Below are positions 42,253-50,500 of a stretch of 62,272 bases of DNA, piece by piece. The notes beneath the pieces were generated by a model. It did no database searches and was not told the DNA's origin. It saw only the letters and a program-made list of their open reading frames with translations. Made by a program: the position numbers and the translations under genes. The DNA lies in the NCBI GenBank assembly GCA_009691445.1, contig SICL01000009.1:1-62272 (forward strand), in the 5' to 3' direction. Within the stretch, counting starts at the first letter, position 1, and every line of letters starts with the position of its first letter. Origin of the DNA: Candidatus Taenariivivens baikalensis. Lineage in GTDB: Bacteria > Omnitrophota > Omnitrophia > Omnitrophales > Aquincolibacteriaceae.

Positions 42253-42993
42253 ATGACGGCTAAATTGGAATTATCATCGAATCAAAAAACATTAAAAGAT
42301 AGAATTATTGTTGCTTTAGACACTTCCAGCTTGGATATGGTGAAAAAGCTGGTTGGGGAACTTGAAGGGTATGTCAGCCTTTATAAAGTAGGCTTTGAGC
42401 TTTTTACAGCGCATGGATGGGACGCCGTGGATCTTGTCCGTAAAAAAGGGGCGGATATCTTTCTTGATCTTAAATACCACGATATTCCCAATACCGTTTC
42501 CAAGGCTGCGGAAGTTATCTGCGAAAAGGATGTGCAAATGTTTAACTTGCATACCCTTGGCGGGCTAGAAATGATGAAGAAAACCCGTGAAGCGGTGGAT
42601 CGTCGTTCAGCCATTAGAAAAAGAAAACCAATTATTCTGGGAGTGACTATTTTAACGAGCCACAGCGAAAAAGATTTGGCGCGGGATTTTGGAATGAATA
42701 AAACGCTTGATCAATCAGTGCTGGATCTTGCCGGGCTTGCAAAAAAAGCCGGACTTGACGGGGTGGTGAGTTCTCCCCAAGAAGTGGAAATGCTCCGCAA
42801 AGAATTCGGGAAAGATTTTATCATTGTAACGCCGGGCATCCGCCCTCCCGGAAGTCCCAAAGATGATCAAAAACGAACTTTTACACCTCAAGAAGCTTTT
42901 GAGTGCGGTGCTTCCTATATTGTTATAGGCAGACCGATTACTAGCGTTTCCAACCCAAGACAGGCCATGGAAAAGATTTTAGAGTCACTTTAG
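42253..42993 (+). CDS. pyrF: Orotidine-5'-phosphate decarboxylase
   Basis: IVALD, FLDLKYHDIPNT, VTPGIR, GRPI. Confidence 0.96.
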   Translation: MTAKLELSSNQKTLKDRIIVALDTSSLDMVKKLVGELEGYVSLYKVGFELFTAHGWDAVDLVRKKGADIFLDLKYHDIPNTVSKAAEVICEKDVQMFNLHTLGGLEMMKKTREAVDRRSAIRKRKPIILGVTILTSHSEKDLARDFGMNKTLDQSVLDLAGLAKKAGLDGVVSSPQEVEMLRKEFGKDFIIVTPGIRPPGSPKDDQKRTFTPQEAFECGASYIVIGRPITSVSNPRQAMEKILESL

Positions 42994-43105
42994 CCTATTC
43001 GGGTGTTCCATTGCTTCGATGCGGTTTGCACTGACAACAGAAAGGTTCGCAAGGACGAAGTTGGATGTTAAATTTAACATGTAACCTTTTGGCGCACTCC
43101 ATTTC

Positions 43106-43134
43106 TTGACAGTGGGGCCAGAAGTACTTATAAT
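43106..43134 (+). promoter_or_regulatory. Consensus sigma70 promoter for the yicC-gmk-rpoZ-coa operon
   Basis: TTGACA-N17-TATAAT exact match. Confidence 0.85.
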
Positions 43135-43190
43135 CCCGCACTCCATCAATTCAATCAGACCATCACAATCGAGAGAGTAGCTTTCATTCT

Positions 43191-44072
43191 ATGATTCGAA
43201 GTATGACCGCCTTTGCGCGGGTTTCCGAAACAACGCGTACCGGTGGTGGGGTTGTTGAGATTCGTTCTTTGAATAACCGCTATTTGGATTTATCACTTCG
43301 GCTTATGCCTTCGCTGATACCCTATGAGATTGAAATTCGAGAGTTGATTCAGTCCCAGATTCGGCGTGGAAAAGTCAGCGTTAGTATTTCTCAGGAAGTT
43401 CCAGAAGAAGACGCTCAGGAAATGGAGCTGGATGAAGTTGCCGTTGAGCGTTATATGGAAGCAATCCGTAAGCTTCAAAAAAAATACAAACTTGAAAATC
43501 ATCTTACGCTTTCGGATTTGATCCGTATTCCGGGGATTTTTAAATTAAAAAAAGACTCAAAAGATTCAGACAAGGTCTGGGGACAGATGAAAAAGCTGCT
43601 CCGTAAAGGCCTTGAGAAAGCCCTGGAATCCAAGAAGGAAGAGGGCCGGAAGCTTTGTCTGGATGTAAATACGCGCCTGTCTTTGGTTGCCAAATCTGTC
43701 CAGCAAATTGAAGGGATTGCCCATGGACGTTCCGAGCAGATTGCCAAACGTTTGAAAGAACGAATCGATGTTATTTTAAAAGAACATCCGATTGAAAACG
43801 ATGACCGATTTTTTCGTGAAGTCGCTTTCCTGGCTGAAAAAAGTGACGTAACTGAAGAGATCGTGCGCATGAAAAGCCATCTGGAGCTTTTTGAATCCCG
43901 TCTGAAATCAAACGGCGAGGTAGGACGTGAACTTGATTTTCTTTGCCAAGAAATGAATCGTGAAATGAATACTATCGGATCAAAGTCACAGCATTTCGAC
44001 ATCACGACTGACGTGGTGTTTGTTAAAGGTGAGCTTGAGAAAATTCGTGAACAAATCCAAAACATCGAATAG
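43191..44072 (+). CDS. yicC: YicC/YloC family endoribonuclease
   Basis: MIRSMTAF, IRSLNNR, DVTEEIVR, GRELDFLCQEMNRE.NT.GSK, IREQIQNIE. Confidence 0.93.
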   Translation: MIRSMTAFARVSETTRTGGGVVEIRSLNNRYLDLSLRLMPSLIPYEIEIRELIQSQIRRGKVSVSISQEVPEEDAQEMELDEVAVERYMEAIRKLQKKYKLENHLTLSDLIRIPGIFKLKKDSKDSDKVWGQMKKLLRKGLEKALESKKEEGRKLCLDVNTRLSLVAKSVQQIEGIAHGRSEQIAKRLKERIDVILKEHPIENDDRFFREVAFLAEKSDVTEEIVRMKSHLELFESRLKSNGEVGRELDFLCQEMNREMNTIGSKSQHFDITTDVVFVKGELEKIREQIQNIE

Positions 44073-44658
44073 AGGGCCTGCCTCGCCAGGTCTTTTGGTC
44101 ATTCTCTCTGCACCATCGGGATGCGGTAAGACAACCATTGTGGACCGTCTGCTTAAACGACATCCTCAGTGGATGCGTTCTATTTCCGTGACGACTCGGC
44201 TTCCCCGGGAAGGTGAAGTGGATGGTACGGATTATTTTTTTGTCACGGACGAGGCGTTAAAAAAAATGGATTCCAGGGGAGAGCTTTTGGAATCAGCCAG
44301 GGTTTTTGACTATTATTATGGAACGCCCAAAAAATTCGTTGAAGAACAGCTGAAGCAGTCAAAGATTGTTATCATGACGATCGATGTTCAGGGGACAGCG
44401 AAGATTAAAGCCTCTGTAGGGACGTTGCTGCCGATGATGACTATTTTTGTTCTGCCGCCTTCGGTGAAAGTGTTGAGAGAACGTTTAGAGAGTCGTAAAA
44501 CTGAAGGTCCGGAGGCCATTGAAAAAAGGATTGTGATTGCACAGGATGAAATTAAAGAAGCGGGTTGGTACGACTTCACGGTCGTGAATCAAAATCTGGA
44601 TCAAACCATTACCGAAATGGAAGGGTTTATTGACCAGGTTCAAAAAAGAAAGGAGTAA
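44020..44658 (+). CDS. gmk: Guanylate kinase
   Basis: SAPSGCGKTT, TTRLPREGEVDG.DY.F, YYGTP; start uncertain. Confidence 0.93.
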   Translation: MLKVSLRKFVNKSKTSNRGPASPGLLVILSAPSGCGKTTIVDRLLKRHPQWMRSISVTTRLPREGEVDGTDYFFVTDEALKKMDSRGELLESARVFDYYYGTPKKFVEEQLKQSKIVIMTIDVQGTAKIKASVGTLLPMMTIFVLPPSVKVLRERLESRKTEGPEAIEKRIVIAQDEIKEAGWYDFTVVNQNLDQTITEMEGFIDQVQKRKE

Positions 44659-44663
44659 AATGT

Positions 44664-44885
44664 ATGGCCTATGTTCCGTTTGAAAAACTGATTAAGGGAG
44701 ACAAGACGAGCGTGTTTAAAATTGTTCTGGCTGCTGCCGCGCGCGCGAATGAGCTTGCTCAGGGAGCTCAACCTCTCATTCAATGCGAGTCTAAAAAGGT
44801 GTCGACGATCGCCCTTCAGGAAATTGCTGAAGGAAAAGTGAGTTACGATGAAATTAAGTCCAAAGGTAAAAAGCCTACTCTCTAA
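44664..44885 (+). CDS. rpoZ: RNA polymerase omega subunit
   Basis: AAARANEL...K.STIALQEIAEG; gmk-rpoZ-coa synteny. Confidence 0.9.
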   Translation: MAYVPFEKLIKGDKTSVFKIVLAAAARANELAQGAQPLIQCESKKVSTIALQEIAEGKVSYDEIKSKGKKPTL

Positions 44886-45456
44886 ACGAACGATCCTTCA
44901 TATCGTTACGGGGTCGGTGGCTGCCTATAAAATAGGGGATCTGATTCAGGATCTGCGAATGGAAGGGGCGCGTGTGCTTTGTGTCATGACGTCTGCCTCC
45001 AGGCATTTTGTGACACCCCTTGTTCTCCGGGCCTTAAGTGGCAATCGGGTTTATGAAGATAAGGATTTTTTTACACCGGATACTCCTTATGATGTGCTTC
45101 ATACCTCGCTTGCTGAAGAAGCGGATGTTGTTCTGATTGCTCCGGCTTCTGCGGATTTTATTGCCAATCTTCGTGCTGGCATGGCGGATAATCTTGCGAG
45201 CTGTATTGTGCTTGCCGCCCGTCGTCCGGTGGTCATTGTGCCCGCCATGAATGATCAGATGTATCAACATCCCATCACCCAGGAAAATATTTCCCGCCTC
45301 AAAGCCATTGGCTATCATTTTGTCGAGCCGGTTCAAGGGCATCTGGTTTGCGGAAAAGAAGCTATTGGTCATATCGCCGAGACGACAACAATCATAAGCT
45401 CGATTCGGAAAACTCTCGGAAACTTAAAATCTAAAATCCGAAATCCAAAATTCTAA
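44848..45456 (+). CDS. coaC: Phosphopantothenoylcysteine decarboxylase (stand-alone CoaC)
   Basis: TGSVAAYK, APASAD, G.ADN, PAMN..M, G.LVCG. Confidence 0.88.
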   Translation: MKLSPKVKSLLSKRTILHIVTGSVAAYKIGDLIQDLRMEGARVLCVMTSASRHFVTPLVLRALSGNRVYEDKDFFTPDTPYDVLHTSLAEEADVVLIAPASADFIANLRAGMADNLASCIVLAARRPVVIVPAMNDQMYQHPITQENISRLKAIGYHFVEPVQGHLVCGKEAIGHIAETTTIISSIRKTLGNLKSKIRNPKF

Positions 45457-45549
45457 TGTTTCAAACGGTTTGGAATTCGAGTTTATTTCGTGCTTCTCCG
45501 TCAAACGGCGTTGTACGGATTCGTCCTTCGGCGGAGAGTTTCGGATTTA
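45424..45549. repeat. Inverted heptamer array (AAATCCG / TCGGATT) between coaC and coaB
   Basis: aaaatctaaaatccgaaatccaaaattc ... tttggaattcgag...tttcggattt. Confidence 0.65.
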
Positions 45550-45555
45550 TTGTTT

Positions 45556-46203
45556 ATGCTTAAGAAAATATTAATTACCGCGGGTCCCACCCGGGAAATG
45601 CTCGATCCTGTGCGGTTTCTTTCCAATTTATCCACGGGAGAAATGGGATATACCTTGGCGCGAATGGCTCAGGCCCGCGGCTATCATGTGACTTTGATTA
45701 GCGGTCCCACGGCGCTCCAGCCTCCTTCCGGGGTTAAATTTATTTCGATTATGAGCGCCGAAGAGTTGCAGTGTGCCTGCCGAAAAGAATTCCCCAAACA
45801 GGATGCTCTTGTGATGAGTGCTGCCGTTTGTGATTTTACGGTGGCATCCCGACATCCTCAAAAAATTCAAAGAACAAAGATCCGTTCCCTTCAACTTAGA
45901 CAGACTCCTGATATTGTGGCGGGATTAGCCAAAAAAAAAGGTAAACGGATCGTGATTGGTTTTTGTCTTGAGACGGTGGACTGGCTTGAGCGGGCAGGGG
46001 AGAAATTGAGGCGTAAGGGACTGGATGGAATTGTCGCTAATTATTATCAGAAGGGGCATGTGCCTTTTGGGAACCGAAGAATCAACGCGGCTTTTTTGGA
46101 CCACCGGACGACTCGGTTATTAAAGAAGCAGAGCAAGAGCCAGGTGTCGCTCGCACTGCTCCGCTGGCTTGAGACTCTTTCTAAGAAGTCTGTAAAAAAC
46201 TAA
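45556..46203 (+). CDS. coaB: Phosphopantothenate-cysteine ligase (stand-alone CoaB)
   Basis: ILITAGPTRE.LDPVRFLSN.STG.MG, AAVCDF, TPDI, IGFCLET, IVAN. Confidence 0.88.
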   Translation: MLKKILITAGPTREMLDPVRFLSNLSTGEMGYTLARMAQARGYHVTLISGPTALQPPSGVKFISIMSAEELQCACRKEFPKQDALVMSAAVCDFTVASRHPQKIQRTKIRSLQLRQTPDIVAGLAKKKGKRIVIGFCLETVDWLERAGEKLRRKGLDGIVANYYQKGHVPFGNRRINAAFLDHRTTRLLKKQSKSQVSLALLRWLETLSKKSVKN

Positions 46204-46273
46204 TTACCACTCGAATAAAAATCGATATAATGCGTCCCATCGTGGAACTTATCCGAATATCAATTTATTCTAG

Positions 46274-46343
46274 GTCATTGCGAGCAAAGCGAAGCAATCT
46301 CTGTGCTCTAGATTGCCACGGTCGTTATACTCCCTCGCAATGA
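46274..46343. repeat. REP-like palindrome
   Basis: gtcattgcgag...gcaatct...agattgc...ctcgcaatga. Confidence 0.8.
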
Positions 46344-46416
46344 TATGATCTTGATAATGGGATAGGCTCGTAATGCTTTTTTAACTATTTCGTCATTAAA
46401 ATCCCAGGAGGAAGCA

Positions 46417-46881
46417 GTGAAAAATCGTTATCGTTGGGTAAGTTCGATTATGTTAGTCGTCATATTATTTTCGGGTTGCGCTGAAGGGGGAGGCCTTTCA
46501 GAACGCGAAACGGGTGGATTGCTCGGTTCCGGACTTGGTGCTGGACTGGGAGCTATTGTGGGGCATCAAACGGGTCATGCCGGGGCTGGGACGGCGATTG
46601 GTGCAGGAGCGGGTCTGCTTGCCGGAGCCTTGATGGGAGAGGCTAATCGCCGCACGAAAGAAAATGCCAAAAAGGAAATGCGTCAGGAAATGATGCAGAA
46701 TCAATACAATCCGCAGTATGCGCCTCAGCCTTATGCGCAGCAGCCGGCGGTACAGCAAGCGGCTCCTTCCGCCGCGGCTCAGGAAGTTCATACCAAATAT
46801 AATCCCAGAACGGGACAGACTTATCCTGATCGTTATAAGTTTGATCCGAATACGGGAGAAGAGTTACAATTTTTACGATAG
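46417..46881 (+). CDS. Glycine-zipper lipoprotein
   Basis: Lipobox FSGC; GxxxG zipper; Gln/Pro-rich linker; C-terminal NPRTG...DPNTGEEL repeat. Confidence 0.85.
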   Translation: MKNRYRWVSSIMLVVILFSGCAEGGGLSERETGGLLGSGLGAGLGAIVGHQTGHAGAGTAIGAGAGLLAGALMGEANRRTKENAKKEMRQEMMQNQYNPQYAPQPYAQQPAVQQAAPSAAAQEVHTKYNPRTGQTYPDRYKFDPNTGEELQFLR

Positions 46882-46886
46882 CATAG

Positions 46887-46980
46887 AAGCGGATATACGC
46901 GGATCAACAACGCGGACTTACGCGGATTACGAAAATGATATCTGCGTTCTTCCGCGTATTGTTCTCCGGTTATCCGCTTC
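46887..46980. repeat. Inverted tandem array (ACGCGGA / TCCGCGT)
   Basis: gaagcggatatacgcggatcaacaacgcggacttacgcgga ... tctgcgttcttccgcgt...tatccgcttc. Confidence 0.8.
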
Positions 46981-46990
46981 TAGTTTTTAC

Positions 46991-47031
46991 GGCGCGGTAG
47001 CAAAGTGGTAATGCATCGGTCTGCAAAACCG
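46991..47031 (+). repeat. Left att site: 41-bp copy of the tRNA-Cys 5' half
   Basis: ggcgcggtagcaaagtggtaatgcatcggtctgcaaaaccg is identical to 60594-60634; no T arm follows. Confidence 0.95.
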
Positions 47032-47147
47032 GTCAGAGCATTTTTTGTAAGTGCTTGAAAACCCACGTAAGTCCCTGCGAAATGTGCGTTTGGTCTGGAT
47101 TTCCAAACGCTCGTGAGATATCCGAAAATATCCCAAAACGTACCACG

Positions 47148-47169
47148 TTTATCACATTTTTATCACAGT
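47148..47169 (+). promoter_or_regulatory. Putative integrase arm-type binding sites (left)
   Basis: ttatcacatttttatcaca; matches ttatcacaattttatcaca at 60499-60517. Confidence 0.65.
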
Positions 47170-47450
47170 TGATGATAAAAAATTGGGCATATAAAGCATG
47201 GCCAATTAGGGATATGCAGCTCCTGATATATTGAGCCTTGTCTCAATGTAATAAGTACAAAGCAAGTATTTCTTAATCATAACAACACTTCTTAATGCGC
47301 GAAGAAGATCAAAAAAGAGTTGAGCTTATTGTCTTTAGTACTCCGAAGAAGAAAAATTCCACTGAGAAAGCTACATACAAAGCACATAGAACTGCAAAGA
47401 GATTTCAAAAGAATTTACGCGAAAAATGTCTTATTCTTAGTAATTTCACA

Positions 47451-47479
47451 TTGACAGTAATAAACTTCAGATGTATTTT
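47451..47479 (+). promoter_or_regulatory. Sigma70 promoter for the Rhs gene
   Basis: TTGACA-N17-TATTTT. Confidence 0.5.
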
Positions 47480-47556
47480 CTGTTCGTCATTTCCGAGAAT
47501 GTTAAAATTTGAAATTTCCCTTCAAAATTTTAGGGCCCTGAATAAAAAATTTACGT

Positions 47557-50500
47557 ATGATGAAAATTCTCAATCCTTTCTTCAGGGTTTTCACACACCT
47601 TGTTTTTTTCTTTTTTACCTTTGAGCAGGCTTTTGGCGAAATCATGCCACCCCTTCAAAGTCCCCAAACTTCCGCCTCTCCAGAAGTTAAATCTGAAACC
47701 CCTGAGGGTTTGCAACCGACCTTTGCCCAAGTTCTAACTTCTCTGGATTTTTTATCAACTCAGAACTCCACACTTAAACCTGTCGAAAACTCGGTGAGTA
47801 AAAAAGTTCAAGAGTCCAAAGAAGCTGATCAAAACGCCGCTCCTATAAAAACCTTTTCGTCGTCTACATTACAATCATTGAATAACGAACTTCGTATTAC
47901 TCATTACAACCCCCGTTTTATCAATAATCAATTAACGGCTTTTGAGCTGACATTCCAGCACTCTCCGAGCATCACAGGTTTTATCGTCCAATATACGGAT
48001 AATTTGGCAGGATCATGGAAAACGGTTTTAAATGCCCAAACCGGAAAACCCTTGATAAGACCTACTGATTCTTCCGGAAAAACCTCTTGGCTGGATGATG
48101 GGACTTTGACGGGTCTGCTTGGAAGGAACCGTTTTTACCGGATTATTGCAGCAGACTATGTGCCCATAGAAACTATCTCGATTCAGGGCCAGACGATTAC
48201 GAAAGACACCTTATGGAAGCGAGGGACCTACCTCATTCAAGGGGATGTTTTGGTGGCATCGGGAACCACTCTTACGATCGAAGCCGGTACTGTCCTTAAG
48301 TTTGCTAAAGATATTAACCTCAATGTGTTAGGTACCTTGAATGCTTTCGGTGATGAGAAAAACTTAATTACTTTTACTTCGAATGCACAAAAGCCTCAAG
48401 CGGGTGATTGGGCCTCGATCCATATTGAAGGCGCTGAAGCCGCAGGATCTAAAATTGGCTATTGGAACATCGAATATTCAAAATTTGGTTTATTAATTTT
48501 TCACAGTTCCCTTTTTGCCGAGCATATCATGGGCACTCATAATGTTCAGGCAATCACGGTTCAGGATAATTCAAATGCCGTCTTAAGGGATCTTACGCTT
48601 TCGGGAAACATGGGCGGGTTAGTTATTTTTGGATCAAGTCCTACCGTCTTAAATTCAAAAATTTTTAATAATAACTTGGGAGTTGCTCTATTTGAATCTA
48701 GCGGTATTACTCCCAACCCAAATATAAATCACTCGGCCATCTATAGCAATTCTGAATTTGGTGTCGTTCTAGACAGAGCCTTTGCCAATCCTAACGCGGT
48801 TATTAACTTCAAAGAAAATTGGTGGGGGACAATGGATGTCAGTTCGATCAATACCGCTATTTCTGATCATTGGGATGCAGCCACCAAGCCTTTTATTGAC
48901 TACTCAGGTTTTTTAGATGCTGAGAATGGACGGCGTGTTTCCGGTAATTTTGTTTCCGGCACTTTAACAAAAGATACTGTCTGGCGCGCTAATGACGGAC
49001 CTATTATTGTAACTAATGACATAACAGTTCCTTTGGGTGTGACCCTTAAAATTGAACCCGGCACAGTGATTAAGTTTGTAAAAAATTCTGCTCTTCGTAT
49101 AAACGGTGTTTTAAATGCCCGGGGAACCGATGACCGGAAAATCATTTTTACTTCTCTTGAAGCAACCCCTAAGAAAAGCGATTGGACAGGAATTATCCTG
49201 ACGGGGGCCAATGCTTCGGCCTCGCAAATCACTTATGCAAAAATAGAATATAGTAAATTTGGTATTGGGATGACGGATACCTCTCCAACAATCAGTCATG
49301 TGACTTCTCTCCTCAATGCTCAGGGTTTTACAATGACGGGCAATTCGGCCCCTAACTTGACTCATGTCGTTACCTCAAACAATGATTATGGCTTAGCTTT
49401 ATTTGGTTCACATCCATTCATCACTAATTCCCAAGTGATTAACAATGGAGCTGGCATTTATTTATCACCCAGTAAAGGGGTTGATCCCAAGCCGGTGATG
49501 AGCCGATCAAGTATTTATAACAATACCGAATATAATCTTGAATTAGCAGGAAGCTTCTCTGATCCATCCGCTAAAATTAATTTTATGTCTAACTGGTGGG
49601 GAACCACCGAACAGAATTCAATTGCTTCAAAAATTACGGACCATAGCGATCTTAGCAGCCTGCCTTATACCGATTACTCGTCCTTTCTTATTTCAGATCC
49701 CGCAGCATTAGGGAGTTCCCTTAGTTCGCCTTCCTTAAGCGCGCTTCCTCAAGCGACAAGGCAGAATCATATCATTCTCTCCGGGAGTAAGCTTCCTAAC
49801 ACGTCAATTTGGATCAATGGAATTGAAATGGTGCCTCTAGGTACCAGTACAATATGGCAAACCGTTTTTCCCCTCTCTTATGAAGGAAAGAATTATTTCA
49901 GTATGACTAATCGGGATGCTGCGGGGACTGAGAGCCGGGCTATATCCGCAGCGGTCGTGCTTGATCAGACTGGACCCGTACCTCCGGAATTAGCGGCCTT
50001 CAATGTTTTAAGGACAAATCATCAGAAGCAAACGATTTATGGGTCTAAGGAACCCGGCACAGCGATTATGATTAATGGAACGGAAATGGTTCCTTCTGAC
50101 GGAAAAAATACTTGGTCTGCTCAAGTAGTATTAAGCAAGGGGAATAATATTTTTTCCATTGCTGCACGTGATGATGTTGGGAATATTGGTGCCCCGGCAA
50201 CATTCACTGTTGAACGGAACGATGAAACCCGTCTATCGAGCTTGTCCTATTCTATTGGCGAAATGACGAATCAATCGAAGCCTGTTATTTCAGGAACCAA
50301 GCAGCAGGGCAGTTGGTTAAAAATCTTATCAGCAAAAACAAATCAAGTGGTGTTGGATATTCCGGCGAATATAAGCGGAGAATGGAATGGAGAGTTACCA
50401 TTACCTAATGAAGGATTGAACGAGTTTTATTTGCTTTCCGAGGAACAGGATATTAAGGGCAATCTTGTGGAGAAGAGAATCCCATTAAGAATGACACGCG

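Noticed and set aside
42253-43100. Missing pyrE as evidence of an incomplete pathway
   Set aside because: pyrE is often encoded elsewhere; this cannot be judged from one window.
46991-47060. Second functional tRNA-Cys
   Set aside because: Identity ends after the anticodon stem; there is no T arm or 3' acceptor strand.
47295-47624. 109-aa ORF upstream of the Rhs gene
   Set aside because: It overlaps the promoter and the Rhs start, has no SD or motif, and is likely spurious.
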